A DNA stretch of 64,000 nucleotides from Ascidiella aspersa (GCA_963924565.1 OZ004613.1:6572001-6636000); one strand, 5' to 3'. Counted from the first letter of the stretch, positions 25,872 through 39,623 are shown. Translations and numbers: made by a program. Notes: a model not told the origin generated them from the sequence alone.

Positions 25872-26995
25872 ATACCTTTCTATTTATTTTAGTCTTTTTA
25901 TTTTACCATTTCTATTTCTTTTACCCCTAAGCAATAAGTTAATACCAGTCTAATTTTTTCAGTCGATCTCCTTGAGATTCACATTAACAATTCAAAAGTG
26001 GTACCTGTATGTCAACAATTTACTAAATCGGACCACAACCTTGTTTATTATTTGTGCGAGAGCACCGAACCATATCTAATATACTAAACAAGATCCGATG
26101 CTGACTGCTTCGAAGCACCTTTGCCTTTGTCTTACTCACTACAATGGCGGCAACTTCCTGGTATTAGTGGCTGAGTACAATACCGTGAATGATTCAACTG
26201 CATGTGACTGAATACAGGGTTATACAGAGGTAGGCGTCAACAGAGTGTAAATTGTAATCAAACGATTTACGCATACAATAATGTTACAATGATATCTTGT
26301 CGGCTTGTGGACACCACATTATAAAATGCGTTGTATAATGCGCAAAATATAATGTAATGAATTCCGCCGCTTACTGAGTAGATAACGTTAATGGATAAAA
26401 CCGCCACACACCCTGTCAGGATCTGCTAATATATGTTTGTCTAAAGTAGTTGATTAAAACTAGAGTTAGAGCGATTTAGAAAAGTAATCTACGGTTTTAT
26501 AAAAGTAAGCAACAATACTTCTGAATGCTTCGCTCAGTGTTAAGCAGGAACTTGTTATAAACGCCGCTCACCTTTGCTTTTAAAAGTACCGCTGATGAAC
26601 ACAGTCGCCACTCACCCTGTCTGGAGTTGTTGTTTTCCAAAAACGGAATGATGAAATCGTAATGAATTGCAATGAAAACAATAAAACGTAGTAACAATAT
26701 TAAAGTCCATACAGAAGTTAGTTTCATCGATAGTCTTTATTCATTTTGCTCAATCTTCAAAATGCTATACCTACGTCGGTATGGGCTTTGATATTCATAC
26801 TACGTCTTACTACAACCACCAACCATTATGCCCCCCAAAAATAACATTGAGCAATCACTTTGTGGTTAATTGGGGTATTCAACCTGCAAAGTACAAGTTT
26901 TATATGTTATTTGTGCAAATACGGCCTACTTTTCTTTGAAAGTGTATTTAGAAGCCATTGAAGTGCTGGTATAGTTTAGTTTTGAACGTTTAGAA

Positions 26996-27390
26996 CAGCG
27001 GTTCCCAAACTTTTCAAAGAATTTTGCCTGGCGGACCCTTAGCAATTATTTTAATTTTTTGCGGCCCTATAAAAATCAAGGGTCAGTTGACCCATGTTTC
27101 ATTTAGTCCACTTTCTAAAGTAACAACTATCTAATGAATGCGAACGATTCGCTAATAGCAGGTAGTAGTACAGCATAAGCCATAATAGATGCTTAATGAT
27201 GTCACAAGAGACATCAACAAACACGCTATATTATCGAATAATAAAGCATAAATAAAGACTAATAATGATGACAGATAATGTTTCCCTAAAGCCCAATGTT
27301 GAAAACTTAAAGATTATTCTCTCTGCGGACCCTCTGAAACTGTTGTACGGACCCCAGTTGGTCCGCGGACCCCAGTTTTGGGAACCGCTG
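26996..27390. mobile_element. hAT-type MITE, duplicated copy of 23318-23695
   Basis: Same TIRs and left TSD; the right TSD is lost. Confidence 0.88.
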
Positions 27391-28405
27391 AACGCACATT
27401 ATTAGGGTTAGGATTCGGGTTAGCGTTTAGGTTCAGGTGGGTCAAGTGATAGTAATCCTATCTTACATATTTTGTTATCTTTTGTGAATTTTCAACGAAT
27501 ATTTTTAATTTATCTACGCTGGAAGTTTAACTAAAGGTCTAAATTAGTGGATTGTCGCGACCTCAAAGTTTATAAGTCAAACGTTTCTGCCTTTGGATGC
27601 CCTTATTGTCGTAGTCCTTTTTTTTTAGAAATGCACTAATTTCCTGTAGATCTGATGAGTTACAACTAGAAATTACCTGATTCAAATTTAATCAGACAAG
27701 GCGAACATGTACAATAAAGGCGACAGTAATTTATTTACATCAGAATTAAACAAACACGTTACTGCCCTTTTAATGTTAATACTCAAAACGCCGCTTAAAA
27801 AAGTGGCGTTTTTTGTCCAAACATGAAGTACAGAAAACAATTCATAGACTATATAGATTAAAATTAGAACAAGTATAAATCGTTCTAATTTGTCGAATTT
27901 GTCAACTAGAACTATCGACTTTTCGAAGTATGTCCACCTTAGTCTGAAGAGATAAACAAAATTACCTGGAGAAAACAATAGTTTTGCAAACAGGCAGGAA
28001 TTGAGGTAAACATCGAAGGATTCTATACTATCCCGAATGTCACTAACAATAGTATTGCGTTTATACTTTTTGCCTTGCCATCTGAACTATGTTCCTATAT
28101 GTCATAGTATCAGTATTACGTAAATGTATAAGCGAGATAGGCAATTAAAAGGATTGCCGTAGGACAGCATAAAACTAAATATTGCCTTTAAAATATCTGA
28201 TTATTATGCTTTTTATTTAAAAACTAAACAATTTTGCAGTAAAACCAGAAACACTTACGCGGAAAGAACACAATGTAGATATAACATTATTTTCGTTGCA
28301 CATTAACGATATTAATATAGAGAATAGTTGTGCGAGTTTATTAAAATAATGGTGATGTATCAAGATAGGAATGTGTTTGTAAAGCTTTCTTAGCCGTCGT
28401 AACTT

Positions 28406-29179
28406 TCAAGCCGAGTATCCACCAGCCACTTCCAATGTCGCTCCATTGATGTAAGAGCTTTCATCGCTTGCCAGAAACAAACAAGCATTAGCAACTTCAA
28501 CTGGTTTTCCCATTCGTCCCATTGGAACCATTTTCCTCAAGGCGTCAAGTAGCACCTTATTTGCACTTGGCAACATTGGGGTATCAATTGGACCTGGCAG
28601 GACAGCATTGCACCTTACACCAAACTTTCCAACCTCAATGCACGTCGTCTTTGTAAACGCGATCAGTCCAGCTTTAGAAGCAGCGTAGGCCGAAGCATTT
28701 TGATATCCGATTTTAGCCGCCAAACTTGAGATGTTAACGATACTTGCACCTGTTAAATCCTTGTTCTCACAAAGGTCAAGTTGCTTAAGAAATTCTCTCG
28801 TAAAAAGGAAGGCGCCAATTAGATTAACGTCCAAAAAACTGTTGAATGAAGCCAGGGTTGTTTCTACGATTGGGCACAATTGAAAAATACCAGCGCAGTT
28901 GACCAGAATATTGCATTTCTGTCCAAACTGAGAGTGTGCACTTGAGAAAGCTTCTGATGCCGAACTTTCTTTAGATACATTGCATTGAATCATAGCTACA
29001 TTGTCTTTAAACTTTGCATAAAACCTTTCATAGATTTCTTTAAGATTATCTTTATTGCAATCCACCATCATAACTTTGGAACCTTCGGCTAAAAAGCGTT
29101 CGCAAATAGCTTCCCCGATGCCCCCTGCGGCTCCAGTAACAACGGCCACTTTACCGTTTAACCTACCAACTTGCGACAT
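28406..29179 (-). CDS. HSD17B8-like: Classical short-chain dehydrogenase/reductase (HSD17B8/FabG-like), copy A, intact, intronless CDS
   Basis: TGAAGGIG, Asp after beta-2 (NAD-type), NCAG, NISS, YAASK, PG, FLASD..YING; start MSQVG chosen by alignment of the copies. Confidence 0.9.
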   Translation of the reverse strand: MSQVGRLNGKVAVVTGAAGGIGEAICERFLAEGSKVMMVDCNKDNLKEIYERFYAKFKDNVAMIQCNVSKESSASEAFSSAHSQFGQKCNILVNCAGIFQLCPIVETTLASFNSFLDVNLIGAFLFTREFLKQLDLCENKDLTGASIVNISSLAAKIGYQNASAYAASKAGLIAFTKTTCIEVGKFGVRCNAVLPGPIDTPMLPSANKVLLDALRKMVPMGRMGKPVEVANACLFLASDESSYINGATLEVAGGYSA

Positions 29180-32119
29180 TATTACAGCCTGAAACACAAA
29201 ACACGTAAAAAAGAATGACAATCTGAATAAGTGTCTTTCCATTAAGTCTATATAACATGCTGCTGCAGTTGTAATACGAATCCCATCAAGCATTAACTAA
29301 AATCGCATTGCCTCAAAACCATCGCAGAAAAACTGGTTATATCGCCTAAGGCAAAACCACAGCCAAACACAGAGCAAAACTTGCTGATGCCTTTATCTGT
29401 TATGTATGAGTGATTTAAGTTTAGAATAATTTGTATTTCAAAAGAGAATCCGACCATTGCAAAATGGTGACGTTATGACGTTTTTGCTAGGCGCAGTTCA
29501 TTGATATATATTTAAGTGTTTTCAAAGATATATCATTTTACGGGTATTTCCAGAACTGTGAATTTTGCCTGGAATTGTTATGTAATGCTTACAACCTTGC
29601 CGCTGTTTATGGAATTAATGCGACGCATTTTATCGTATTTGTTTCTAGACTATAAAAATATTTATGCCCGGGTTTAACTGTTACTTGGATATTTGAATCT
29701 TCGTGCAACAAAGGAGAAGGGCTCAAAATAAATCGTGTTTTCTGACTAGGTAAGAATTCCACTTAACGAGTGAAGGAGTTTGCAACTAGATTTCATAAAT
29801 TATCAAAACTTTAATCATTCTTCAAAAACGCTGTTCCTATTGCTGTAACTGTTGCAACTGATATAGCCTTTTTAGTGTATATTAGGCTAAATTTCCTAAA
29901 CTGCTGAATACTGCGTTGCTTTTTGCATCTGCACGAATACTTATCAGTTCGTGTGGCGTCATTGTGCATTTGAATAATTGTCGTCAAACGAAGTCGTGAA
30001 AGACATTACGTCAAAACGTGGACGACTGTTAAGTTGCCATAAATCTTCTGACTGAAAAAGTTTCATCACAACAAAATGTGTACTTTGCAAGGAAATGACG
30101 GGCTAAATCAGGGTGGTCCAAACCCAGGCCCGCTGGCCACATATGGCCTGTAACAGCATTGTTCGTGGACAGTGAAGCACTGTTGAATTAATATACCGTG
30201 TACCATTAATGGTTTGATGTTTGATCAACGAAATATAAGGGACCAACAAACAGATGGTCAAATTGTGTATTTTTTAAAACATTCTTCGGGTTACGCTATT
30301 AAATAAACCGGTAGCCTGTCGCTTATCAAGTTCGGATCCAGATAGCAGCAGGCGTATATTATTTGCCAAGTGATAGGTCTGTTTGAGGGTCTTTTTAATA
30401 TCAACACAAAAAAGAAAATACGACGAATTGGATTTACTATTTTTGTCACTTCAAAACAACTTATCGGCACAATTTATAGAGCTTCTGAAAAGTACATTTT
30501 TAGGCTTTCTCTGTGACTGTATTTAGGCCAGTGGTCGGCAAATTTTTTTGTTGCGGCCCATAATGTTTTTTCAAGAAATTTGAAGGCCTACTACGTGAAA
30601 CAAATGACGTTACAAAGTTACGATATAAAACACTTTAATCGTAAAAAATCTGCGTTTAGTACGAAAAGTTATAGTCTCATTTAATAAAAATTTACGACTA
30701 TAAGTAACACAGCGAAACATGCCATAGTATGCATATTGTATTTGGGTTTGAACGATTTAATAAAGTAGGCCTATAGGTTTTTGCGTGGTGCGTAGCAAGG
30801 TTGCCCTATGATACAACACTGACACAAAAGGAAAAAAAAACACACACTATAGCCAGACCATTTTAAAAATACAGTACAGTAAATGTACTGCTATCACGCG
30901 TCCCATAACTACATGAAAAAACAGAAATATTAGAAAACAGCCCATGGCCCACTAAACTTGCTCAAAAACCCACATTTCCGTGGCCCACAGTTTGCCGACA
31001 ATGCTGTGGGTTAATGCCCTTTCAGTCAAATTCTATAGCTAACACATTTTTTGCGCAAGACGATAACACCTTTGTAATTTGTCGATAGTGTAGATATGCA
31101 ACAAACACTACCGCTGGAAAACAATATTACAAATGGACATGAATTCCTCTCTGCCTTGCCAATTACTAACGATCCCAATAGATAGGCACACCCACTTGTA
31201 TGAAAACTTCACTGTAGAGAACTTGGTAGCCAAAGCTTTGCTGCTATACCATCGAAAAAAGTTAAGAAACACTGTTAAGTCCTTACTACCAATGGTTTCG
31301 TCTCTCTGCCTTGCCAATTACTAACGATCCCAATAGATAGGCACACCTATCGCTCAATAGAGTTTGAGAAAACAAACACATTCAGACGCGGAAATATGTT
31401 AGACAGTTAAGCGATTAAAAAAGCTGGCCTCAGGACAGTTCAAGCAGCTTAGAACAAAATATGACCCCCCCCAAAAAAAAACTAATCTACATTTTGATTT
31501 AAGCTAAAGAAATTTGAAGTAAAACCCCCCCGAAAAATACTAAACGTGCAAAGAATGCAATGCAAATTTACCATTGTATTTTTGCATTTATTGTCGTAAG
31601 ACCCCAAACATACCATTTAAATTAGATGCAGTTTTTTGAAAAATATCATTCTATTTACAATCGTTACCTTGGTTGGACACGTACAAGTCGGTTCAATAAC
31701 CTTAATGATCTTGGGTGTTATTACAATAATTATCCTATCTAAACCGTTGTGATACAATACTTTTATATCGTATCTCAACGATTTTAATAGGCCTATATAT
31801 TAACATATATACAGTATAGTTATAGCATACTTAGCTATATACTTTTAAACCTGTAATTTTTTTATATTTGTCATTCGTATAGCGAATAATACAAGCAAGT
31901 ATATTACATCAATTTAACTTGTTACATGACCGCCGAAACAAAGTTACTTGATCGCCGAAACAGGGGTAACAGCATACATGTTTATTGGTACTAACGAGAT
32001 AACTGGTTCACATTTTCCACGCGGCCAACAATCAGACAAGCGAGTATAGTAAAATAATGGTGATAGATTAATATAGGAACTTGTTTGTAAAACTTCCTTA
32101 ACCGTTGTAATTCTTAAGT

Positions 32120-32887
32120 CTAGCATCCACCAGCCACTTCCAATGTCGCTCCATTGATGTAAGAGCTTTCATCACTTGCCAGGAACAAACAAGTATTAGC
32201 AACTTCAACTGGCTTTCCAAAGCGCCCCATCGTAATATTTTCCCTCCAAGCTTCACGCAACACCTTATCTCTAATTAACAGCATTGGAGTATCAATTACC
32301 CCCGGCATAACCGCATTGCACCTAACACCGTATTTTCCAACTTCAATGCACGCCGTCTTTGTGAATGCGATCAATCCAGCTTTCGAAGCAGCGTAGGCAG
32401 AAACACTTGAATATTCCGTTCTAGCCGCTACACTTGAGATGTTAACGATACTTGCTCCTGTTGAATCCTTGTTCTCATAAAGATCAAGCTGCTTAAGAAA
32501 TTCTCTTGTTAAAAGGAAGGGGCCTATTAAGTTAACGCCCAAAATATTATTGAATGAAGCCAGGGTTGTTTCTACGATTGGGCTCACATGACAAATACCA
32601 GCGCAGTTGACCAGAACATTGCATTTCTGTCCAAACTGAGAGTGTGCAGTTGAGAAAGCTTCTGATGCCGAATCCTCTTTAGCTACATCACATTGAATCA
32701 TCCCAACGTTGCTTTTAAACTTTTCATAAAACCGTGCATAGATTTTTTTGAGATTTTCCAAATTGCAATCCACCATCATGACTTTGGAACCTTCGGCCAG
32801 AAAGCGTTCGCAAATAGCTTCCCCCATGCCCCCTGCAGCTCCAGTAACAATGGCCACTTTACCGTTTAACCTCCCAACTTTCGCCAT
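32120..32887 (-). CDS. HSD17B8-like: SDR copy B, intact
   Basis: Same motifs (TGAAGGMG, NCAG, YAASK); start MAKVG. Confidence 0.9.
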   Translation of the reverse strand: MAKVGRLNGKVAIVTGAAGGMGEAICERFLAEGSKVMMVDCNLENLKKIYARFYEKFKSNVGMIQCDVAKEDSASEAFSTAHSQFGQKCNVLVNCAGICHVSPIVETTLASFNNILGVNLIGPFLLTREFLKQLDLYENKDSTGASIVNISSVAARTEYSSVSAYAASKAGLIAFTKTACIEVGKYGVRCNAVMPGVIDTPMLLIRDKVLREAWRENITMGRFGKPVEVANTCLFLASDESSYINGATLEVAGGC

Positions 32888-33574
32888 TATTAAAGCCTGA
32901 AACACTAAACACTTGAAAAAACTGAAAATTGTACAATGGTACATTATGGCGTTTTTGCTTTAGGCGCAGTAAATTGATATATATTTAAGTGTTTTTAAAG
33001 ATATATCATTTTACGGGTATTTCCAGAACTGTAAATTGTTACGTAATGTTTACAACCTTGCCGCTGTTTATGGAATTAATGCGATTCATTTTATCGTATT
33101 GATTTCTCGACTAGACTATAAAAATATTTTATGCCCGGGCTTAACTGTTACTGGGATATTTGAATCTTCGTGCAACAAAGGAGAAGGGCTTGAAAGAAAT
33201 CGTGTTTTCTGACTAGGTAAGAATTCCACTTAACGAGTGAAGGAATTTGCAACTAGATTTCATAAATTATCAAAACTTTAGTCATCCTTCAAAAACGCTG
33301 TCCCTATTGCTGTAACTGTTTGCAACTGTTGCAACTGATATAGCCTTTTTAGTGTACATTAGGCTAAATTTTCTAAACTGCTGAATACAGCGTTGCTTTT
33401 TGCATCTGCACGAATACTGATCAGTTCGTGTGGCGTCATTGTGCATTTGAATAATTGTCGTCAAACGAAGTCGTGAAAAACATTACGTCAAAACGTGAAC
33501 GACTGTTAAGTTGCCATAAATCTTCTGACTGAAAAAGTTTCATCACAACAAAATGTTTACTCTGTCAAGGACCA

Positions 33575-33862
33575 TCGCAGTTGATCAGAACATTGCATTT
33601 CTGTCCAAACTGAGAGTGTGCAGTTGAGAAAGCTACTGATGCCGAATCCTCTTTAGCTACATCACATTGAATCATCCCAACGTTGCTTTTAAACTTTTCA
33701 TGAAAACCGTGCATAGATTTTTTTGAGATTTTCCAAATTGCAATCCACCATCATGGCTTTGCAACCTTCGGCCAGAAAGCGTTCGCAAATAGCTTCCCCA
33801 ATGCCCCTTGCCGCTCCAGTGACAATGGCCACTCTACCATTTAACCTACTACCTTGCGACAT
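33575..33862 (-). pseudogene. SDR copy C, 5' fragment only
   Basis: Homology from the ATG to the NC motif and then lost; +1 insertion relative to copy B near 33702. Confidence 0.85.
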
Positions 33863-34001
33863 TCTAAACCTGAATCACAAAACACTTGAAAAAACTACAA
33901 TAAATAAGTGCCTTTCCATTTCTATATAATATGTTGTTGCAGTTGTAATACAGCTAACATGAAGTGCTGAGACCCTCGTTGAGCATAAGTATAGGCTAAA
34001 T

Positions 34002-35108
34002 CAGAGGTTCCCAACGTGGGCGGTACCGCCCCCTTGTGGGCGTCGGCGACTTAGAAGGGGGCGTTCTGTTTCATTTTCAAATTTGGGGGGCGCTGAACGC
34101 ACATAAGGGGGCGTTACATGAAAGTACTGATTGCAAAATTTTGTAAAAGGTTCATATAAAAATAGTAAAAAAAACAGCATTTGTAGGCAACTTCCGGATT
34201 GCGAACTTGTAGTAGTTTCCCGACCATTGATACGTATAATTGGCTTTCTTATGTTAAGTTGTTCGATGTTGTTGCGTTTCACCGTTTTATACGCAGCAAA
34301 ATGTTTGTCTATTTAAAGCAGGGGTCGCCGCCGGATTCGGCCAGCCGCGACCCTTTGACAACTATAGACATGAGTTCATTTCAAATACTTTTTGACGATT
34401 TTGCGTTTAGTACGGTCGAAAAATTTTCGCGCTTCGTGCGAATGATCTTTTTACGTCCAGTTTGTTTACACATTTAAAAGCTGTTTCTGGACTAGATCAG
34501 CGCTTCTTCACCGTTGCGCCGTGGAAGGCTACCAAGTGCGTCACGGAAAAACGGAAAACGGATTAAAAATATTACACATATATTTTAACATTTTTTGGCA
34601 ATGTAATAATAAAAACTAGCAGGAAATTTGAAAGAAATGCCGGTATACCCCAAAAAATCGCGCTCGCTTCGCTCGCCAGGTGCGCCCGCACTTAAAAACA
34701 TTAACAAACACTACACCATCTATTAAGGTCAACGCGTTTCCTCAAAGTAGCTTTATACACTTTTCATTAGTAGTATGGATGAAAAAATGCGGTCAACGGA
34801 GAACCATCTGAGTTTGTTTGGCGACTAGAAAAGGTTACCGACCCCTGATTTAAATTCTTGGTACAGAAAGTTCAAATTTTCCTGGAAATGACATAACCTG
34901 GTGAAATAATGTATATATAAATTCCCATAGTGAATGTATGTTAGACAACCTAAAATAAGACTGACAGCTTATCGAAACGAAAGTGAAGACAATATGATGT
35001 TAGACAACGATTATTATAATACTTTACTGTAAAGTAAGATGAGGGGGGCGATATGAAATAATATTGAGCCCAAGGGGGCACTAGTGTAAAAAAGGTTGGG
35101 AAACACTG
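34002..35108. mobile_element. hAT-type non-autonomous element with a second one nested at 34319-34847
   Basis: Outer TIRs CAGAGGTTCCCAAC / GTTGGGAAACACTG with TSD GGCTAAAT; inner CAGGGGTCG / CGACCCCTG with TSD ATTTAAA(G/T). Confidence 0.85.
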
Positions 35109-36318
35109 GGCTAAATGAATTGTACAAAATAACTTGCTACGTTTTTAAAACCTGCCCTTTGAATCCTGAAATCCAAAATCGTATTGCCGAAAAGCATTTG
35201 CATAGTAACTGGTTTTGTTGACCTTGTATATAGTTTCAAAACCACAGAGCAAACTTGCTGATGCCCATGATTGTCATGGACGAGTGATTTAACTTAAGTG
35301 TTTTCAAAGATACATGATTTTACGGCTACTTACAGAACGGTTAATTTCGGCTGGAGTTCTATGTTTTTTACAAAGTTGCCGTTTTTTATAGAATTTTAAT
35401 GCAACTCACGTTATCGATCGTATTGTGTTTTAGACTAAACTGATAAATATTTGATGCCCAGGTTTATTTGTTCCTGTGATATTTGACTCTTCTTGCAACA
35501 AAGTTTCCAAGAAGCGCGGAAATCGTGTTTTCTAAGCAGATAGGAATTCTACTTCGCGAGGGATGTAGTTTGTAACTAGATTTCATAAATTAAAACCACG
35601 TTAGTCATACTTAATGACAACGCTGTTTCTATTGCTATAACTGTTGCAATTTCCATCCTTTTTAGTGCATATTAGGCTAAAATTCCTCAACTGCTGCATG
35701 CTGCATTGCTTTTTTCATCTGGCCTTTGACTTAACAGTTCGTACGGCGTCATTGTGCATTTAAAAAATTGTCGTCAAAACAAAGTCGTGAACGACATTAA
35801 ACAAAAACATGAACGTTTTGTTAGTAAGTTATGTAACTGCCATTGCCCTTGCATTGTAACGTCGGGTTGCTGCTGGACTTGAAGCTGTTGTTTTGTTTTA
35901 GAAAATGATTTATGAGGAATTTAAAATCGATTTGCAGTAGTGCAGTATATCACATATCGACAAGAACCCTTGCAGTACGCTACCCCACATTAACTAGTGG
36001 AGTGGTTTTTAATCTGAGGGCCACGAAGTGCTTTCAGGTCTACCGTGTTAGTTTGAGCAAGCATTTTCAAATTTGACCATTGAGGCTATGTCACAACCTG
36101 TTCGAAAATATAAACAGATTCTGTGACCCAGCTATTCTGAGGTTATGTTTTGATCCACCATAACGGCTTACATATCACAGTACACGGCAAGCCTTATAAA
36201 CTAACCGAAAATAGTTCGAACCTCACCACAGGCTAGTTGGTTATCAAGCTTGTTCGTTTTCATTTTCTCTTGACTTAAGTCTGTAAAACTGCAAATTAGT
36301 TTTCTCCACTTTATAACC

Positions 36319-36634
36319 TGGTGGTTCTCAACCTTTTATGGCTTGCGGCACCCCTGAGAAATAATAAATAGATTGCAGCACCCCTACAATATTTTCCCTA
36401 GGTAATTCACTAAAATGTCACGATAAACGGCAATAAATGGAACTGGAGCAGCACACATAAACTCTACACAACGTAGGAAGTTAAAATTGGATTTATTCCA
36501 CTCTAATCTTACACAAAAAGTTGTAAGAGTTGAGCAAAAATCAGATTCTTAAAACTTCTCAAATACTTCGCGGCACCCTTGAGCATTAGAAATGGCACCT
36601 TAGGGTGCCGCGGCACCCCGGTTGAGAACCACTG
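36319..36634. mobile_element. hAT-type MITE
   Basis: GTGGTTCTCAACC / GGTTGAGAACCAC termini; internal GCGGCACCC motifs; imperfect TSD. Confidence 0.75.
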
Positions 36635-38015
36635 TACTAACCTGATACGTTGACTTAAAGGGTAGCTCGGAGTAATAAGAGGTGACGTTACATTATGAGT
36701 TGTCCACCAATTAATAATTTTCCATATATTCCCATCTAAAACGCTAAGTAGATTTTAAAGCCAACCAGAATAGGTGGGCTGAAATGGTTTGTGGCAAATG
36801 CAAGGTGGTTATCTGTAGAAAGTATGGCTTCCGAAGTAGATGATTCTAATTTACAAACATTCGTATGCGTTAATCACTTAACGTATACGAAACGCTTTTT
36901 ACTGTCCAGTTTAGCATTCAAAATGTTCAAGGGTTCCTCATACTTCTCAAAAACACTACAATGCTAAAATTGGCAACAGTAGCCTTATATCATAGGCAGG
37001 CCTGATATTTAGTCTCACTAACTGTTTTGTATGCTTGCCACATATTTGTAACGATGTGTATCTTTTGCACGGCACCGGTTGCAATGATGTAGTTAATTTA
37101 CCATATTTAAAGTGCACACTGCACATGGAGCCATGGAGCGCGTGACATCCGTTCAACGAAACTGCCGCAAGCCATTAATAAGCTGAAAATCAACCATGAC
37201 GCTGTTTGAACTTAATTTGTTGAGGAAATCGAACCATGTATTGCACTTTGACCGTTTGTTAGGACGTTTTTATATTAGCGCAAAAGCTATTTTCGGATGG
37301 TGAAAGTTCAAAGTTATACCAACGTTTGTGTGGGCTTTTATATAAGTTTACTAGTTCGTGAAGAGGTTTTAGTACATTTCTGTGAGCTAACATAGGTATT
37401 GTTAACTGGCACGAAGGGTGTGAATACAAATAAATACTTTTGAAGCCAATATATATATGTCAGAGAAATCTATGCACAATTGTCATCCTTTCTTAGCTTT
37501 TAATTGTATTTCAAACTACCGACCAATGTACCGTAGGGTTATCATACGACCTTAAATATGGCTTTTTCTGAATTGTGCGTTTATCTCCTTCAGTCGTGGT
37601 ATATGTCAGTGTTGTAATGACTTAAATCAATGAGAGTTAACTTAAATGTTGTTTTGAAATGACTCGATTTTACTTAAGTATTTCACACAATATTTGACCT
37701 GGACAATAAAGATTTTGTTTTTAAACTATAAATAGTTTGTCCCAAATGCTGTTCGTAAAACAGTATGCTCTCTATGCTACGTTGTTGTTGTTTACAAATT
37801 GAAATATCGCTCAGGTAATGATAAGTTTACCCACTTAATTTTACAATATTTTTTTGATCCAAATTACTTGACTTGGATGTTGCGACAATCGCACATTTGT
37901 GTAAATTGTCGTTTTGTAAATAACTTAATTCGAACTTGTTATTTCAAATTAGCTTGTTTACAAAAATGGCGACTATAACTAAGGAAAACACCTAGCGACT
38001 TTCCTCCCAAACTCC

Positions 38016-38282
38016 CAAACACTGACTGACGAGGTTCTACTGACATTTCTTGTCGAAGTAGAGGCGTTCATCAATTCTAGGACCCTTGTTCCCATAACGT
38101 TTGATTTTTGAAATGATGAACCCTTGACACCTAACCATTCATTGTTGCTGCGCGCAAGCCCAAACCTTGCACCCGCAGTGACACAAAGACTAGATTGCTA
38201 CACTCGAAAATCTTCTCTCTAATTTTTTTTTCAAATTTAGTTTCTATTTGATGAGTTTGGAAGACATTGGCAAAAAGAATAC
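38016..38282 (+). mobile_element. Decayed BEL/Pao LTR-retrotransposon fragment (end of integrase and downstream region)
   Basis: Hand translation QTLTDEVLLTFLVEVEAFINSRTLVPITFDF*NDEPLTPNHSLL... then a frameshifted ...WQKEY, resembling the BEL/Pao EVEAxxNSRPL..PLTPxHFL..WxxEY motif. Confidence 0.75.
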
Positions 38283-39623
38283 AATGTATAGAATTAATAT
38301 CGCATTATTCATTTTTTTTCGTTGCACGTAAACTGTTGGGGTAGTATTATTATACAGAATGGTTTTTAGCGAGCTCAATAAAATAATAGTGATATATCAA
38401 ATATCACTTAGATTAGAGCAGATCATTGTGAAATAAATAAGTGCTTTATGTGCTTTAAGCAATACATAAATGGTATTCATTTACGAACAGCATTTAATCG
38501 ATGACAAGACGTTTTATATTATAAGATTTTTGTTAGCAAAAAACAACCTTGAAATGCCTTTTTCAGGGGTGGTCAACACGTTTATCACGATCGACCGGTC
38601 GATCACCACATTTCACCTCGTCGATCGCGTCGAATATGTGTAACGTCACTGTATAGCTGTCGCACACAAGCGGAACATTATATTGATCAATGTTGTCTGG
38701 ACAATCCTAATAAAGCGTATTTTGACGCAACAAATTAACCTCCATCGCTGACTGGAAATGCAATTAACGCTCATAATGTTTTTTTAAGTATTTTTGTGAG
38801 TTTTTTACCGAACCAGTCGTCAAACATAATCAAACATAAGTTGGCTACACCTGGCCTATTTGAAGTAACGCTTAATATTTCTAACTAAAATCTAAAAAAA
38901 ACATTTACAGTAGTATATCTTTGGTGTCAACAGCAACATAAAATTTAAAACTTTTTTCTTAACTATTCGAATTTATTGTAGTTTTTGTGGCGGTTACACC
39001 TTAAAACGGTACTGGCCAACGTTTTCTCACATCAAATTATTCTCGCTGTGCTTCTGTGACGTCATACACTTGTCGCGTGACATTCAGTTTATGTCGCGTG
39101 TCGCGACATTCAGTTTGTGTCGCGTGCCTATTGACAAATTCTACTTAATTGTCTAGAAGATCAATTTAAAATGTAAAGTTAGACCCATTTTCAATTGTCA
39201 AAAATGCCTATACGTGTACCCCTGCTGAACAATAGTTACAGTTGGTATATCGCAAATTCTTTAAGAATACAAATTGTAACAAATATTCAGCGGTTAAAAT
39301 TTGGTTACGACTAAACACGCTTACCCACCCTGCTCTATATTATAGAATCTATGTTATAATCTTATATTTGAGACCACACAGAGGAGTGAGATAACGTAAC
39401 TCATGAGTGTATTTAAACAATTGGTTGCATTTATTCAAAACTTGTGAGTATGTTAAATAAACGTGCACTACAATTGTGACATTCAAAATGGGCTATAGGT
39501 GTTGGGGACTATAGGTGAATTATTGTATTACTTGGTTGTTAGTTGTATGTCAACACATATACACAAGGTTTGTACCAATAAACGGACGATCAGCCAGAAA
39601 ACAATCCTTCCCATTTGAAATAT

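Larger units (their letters stand above)
22350..27530. repeat. Local tandem duplication: ~22350-24440 repeated at ~25870-27530
   Basis: Long near-identical blocks, e.g. 22531-22770 vs 26059-26300, 23080-23695 vs 26770-27390, 24305-24441 vs 27391-27527. Confidence 0.9.

Noticed and set aside
29180-29293. N-terminal extensions of SDR ORFs in the track (also 40398-40562 and 32888-32944)
   Set aside because: Not conserved in frame between copies, and they cross a conserved splice-acceptor-like site.
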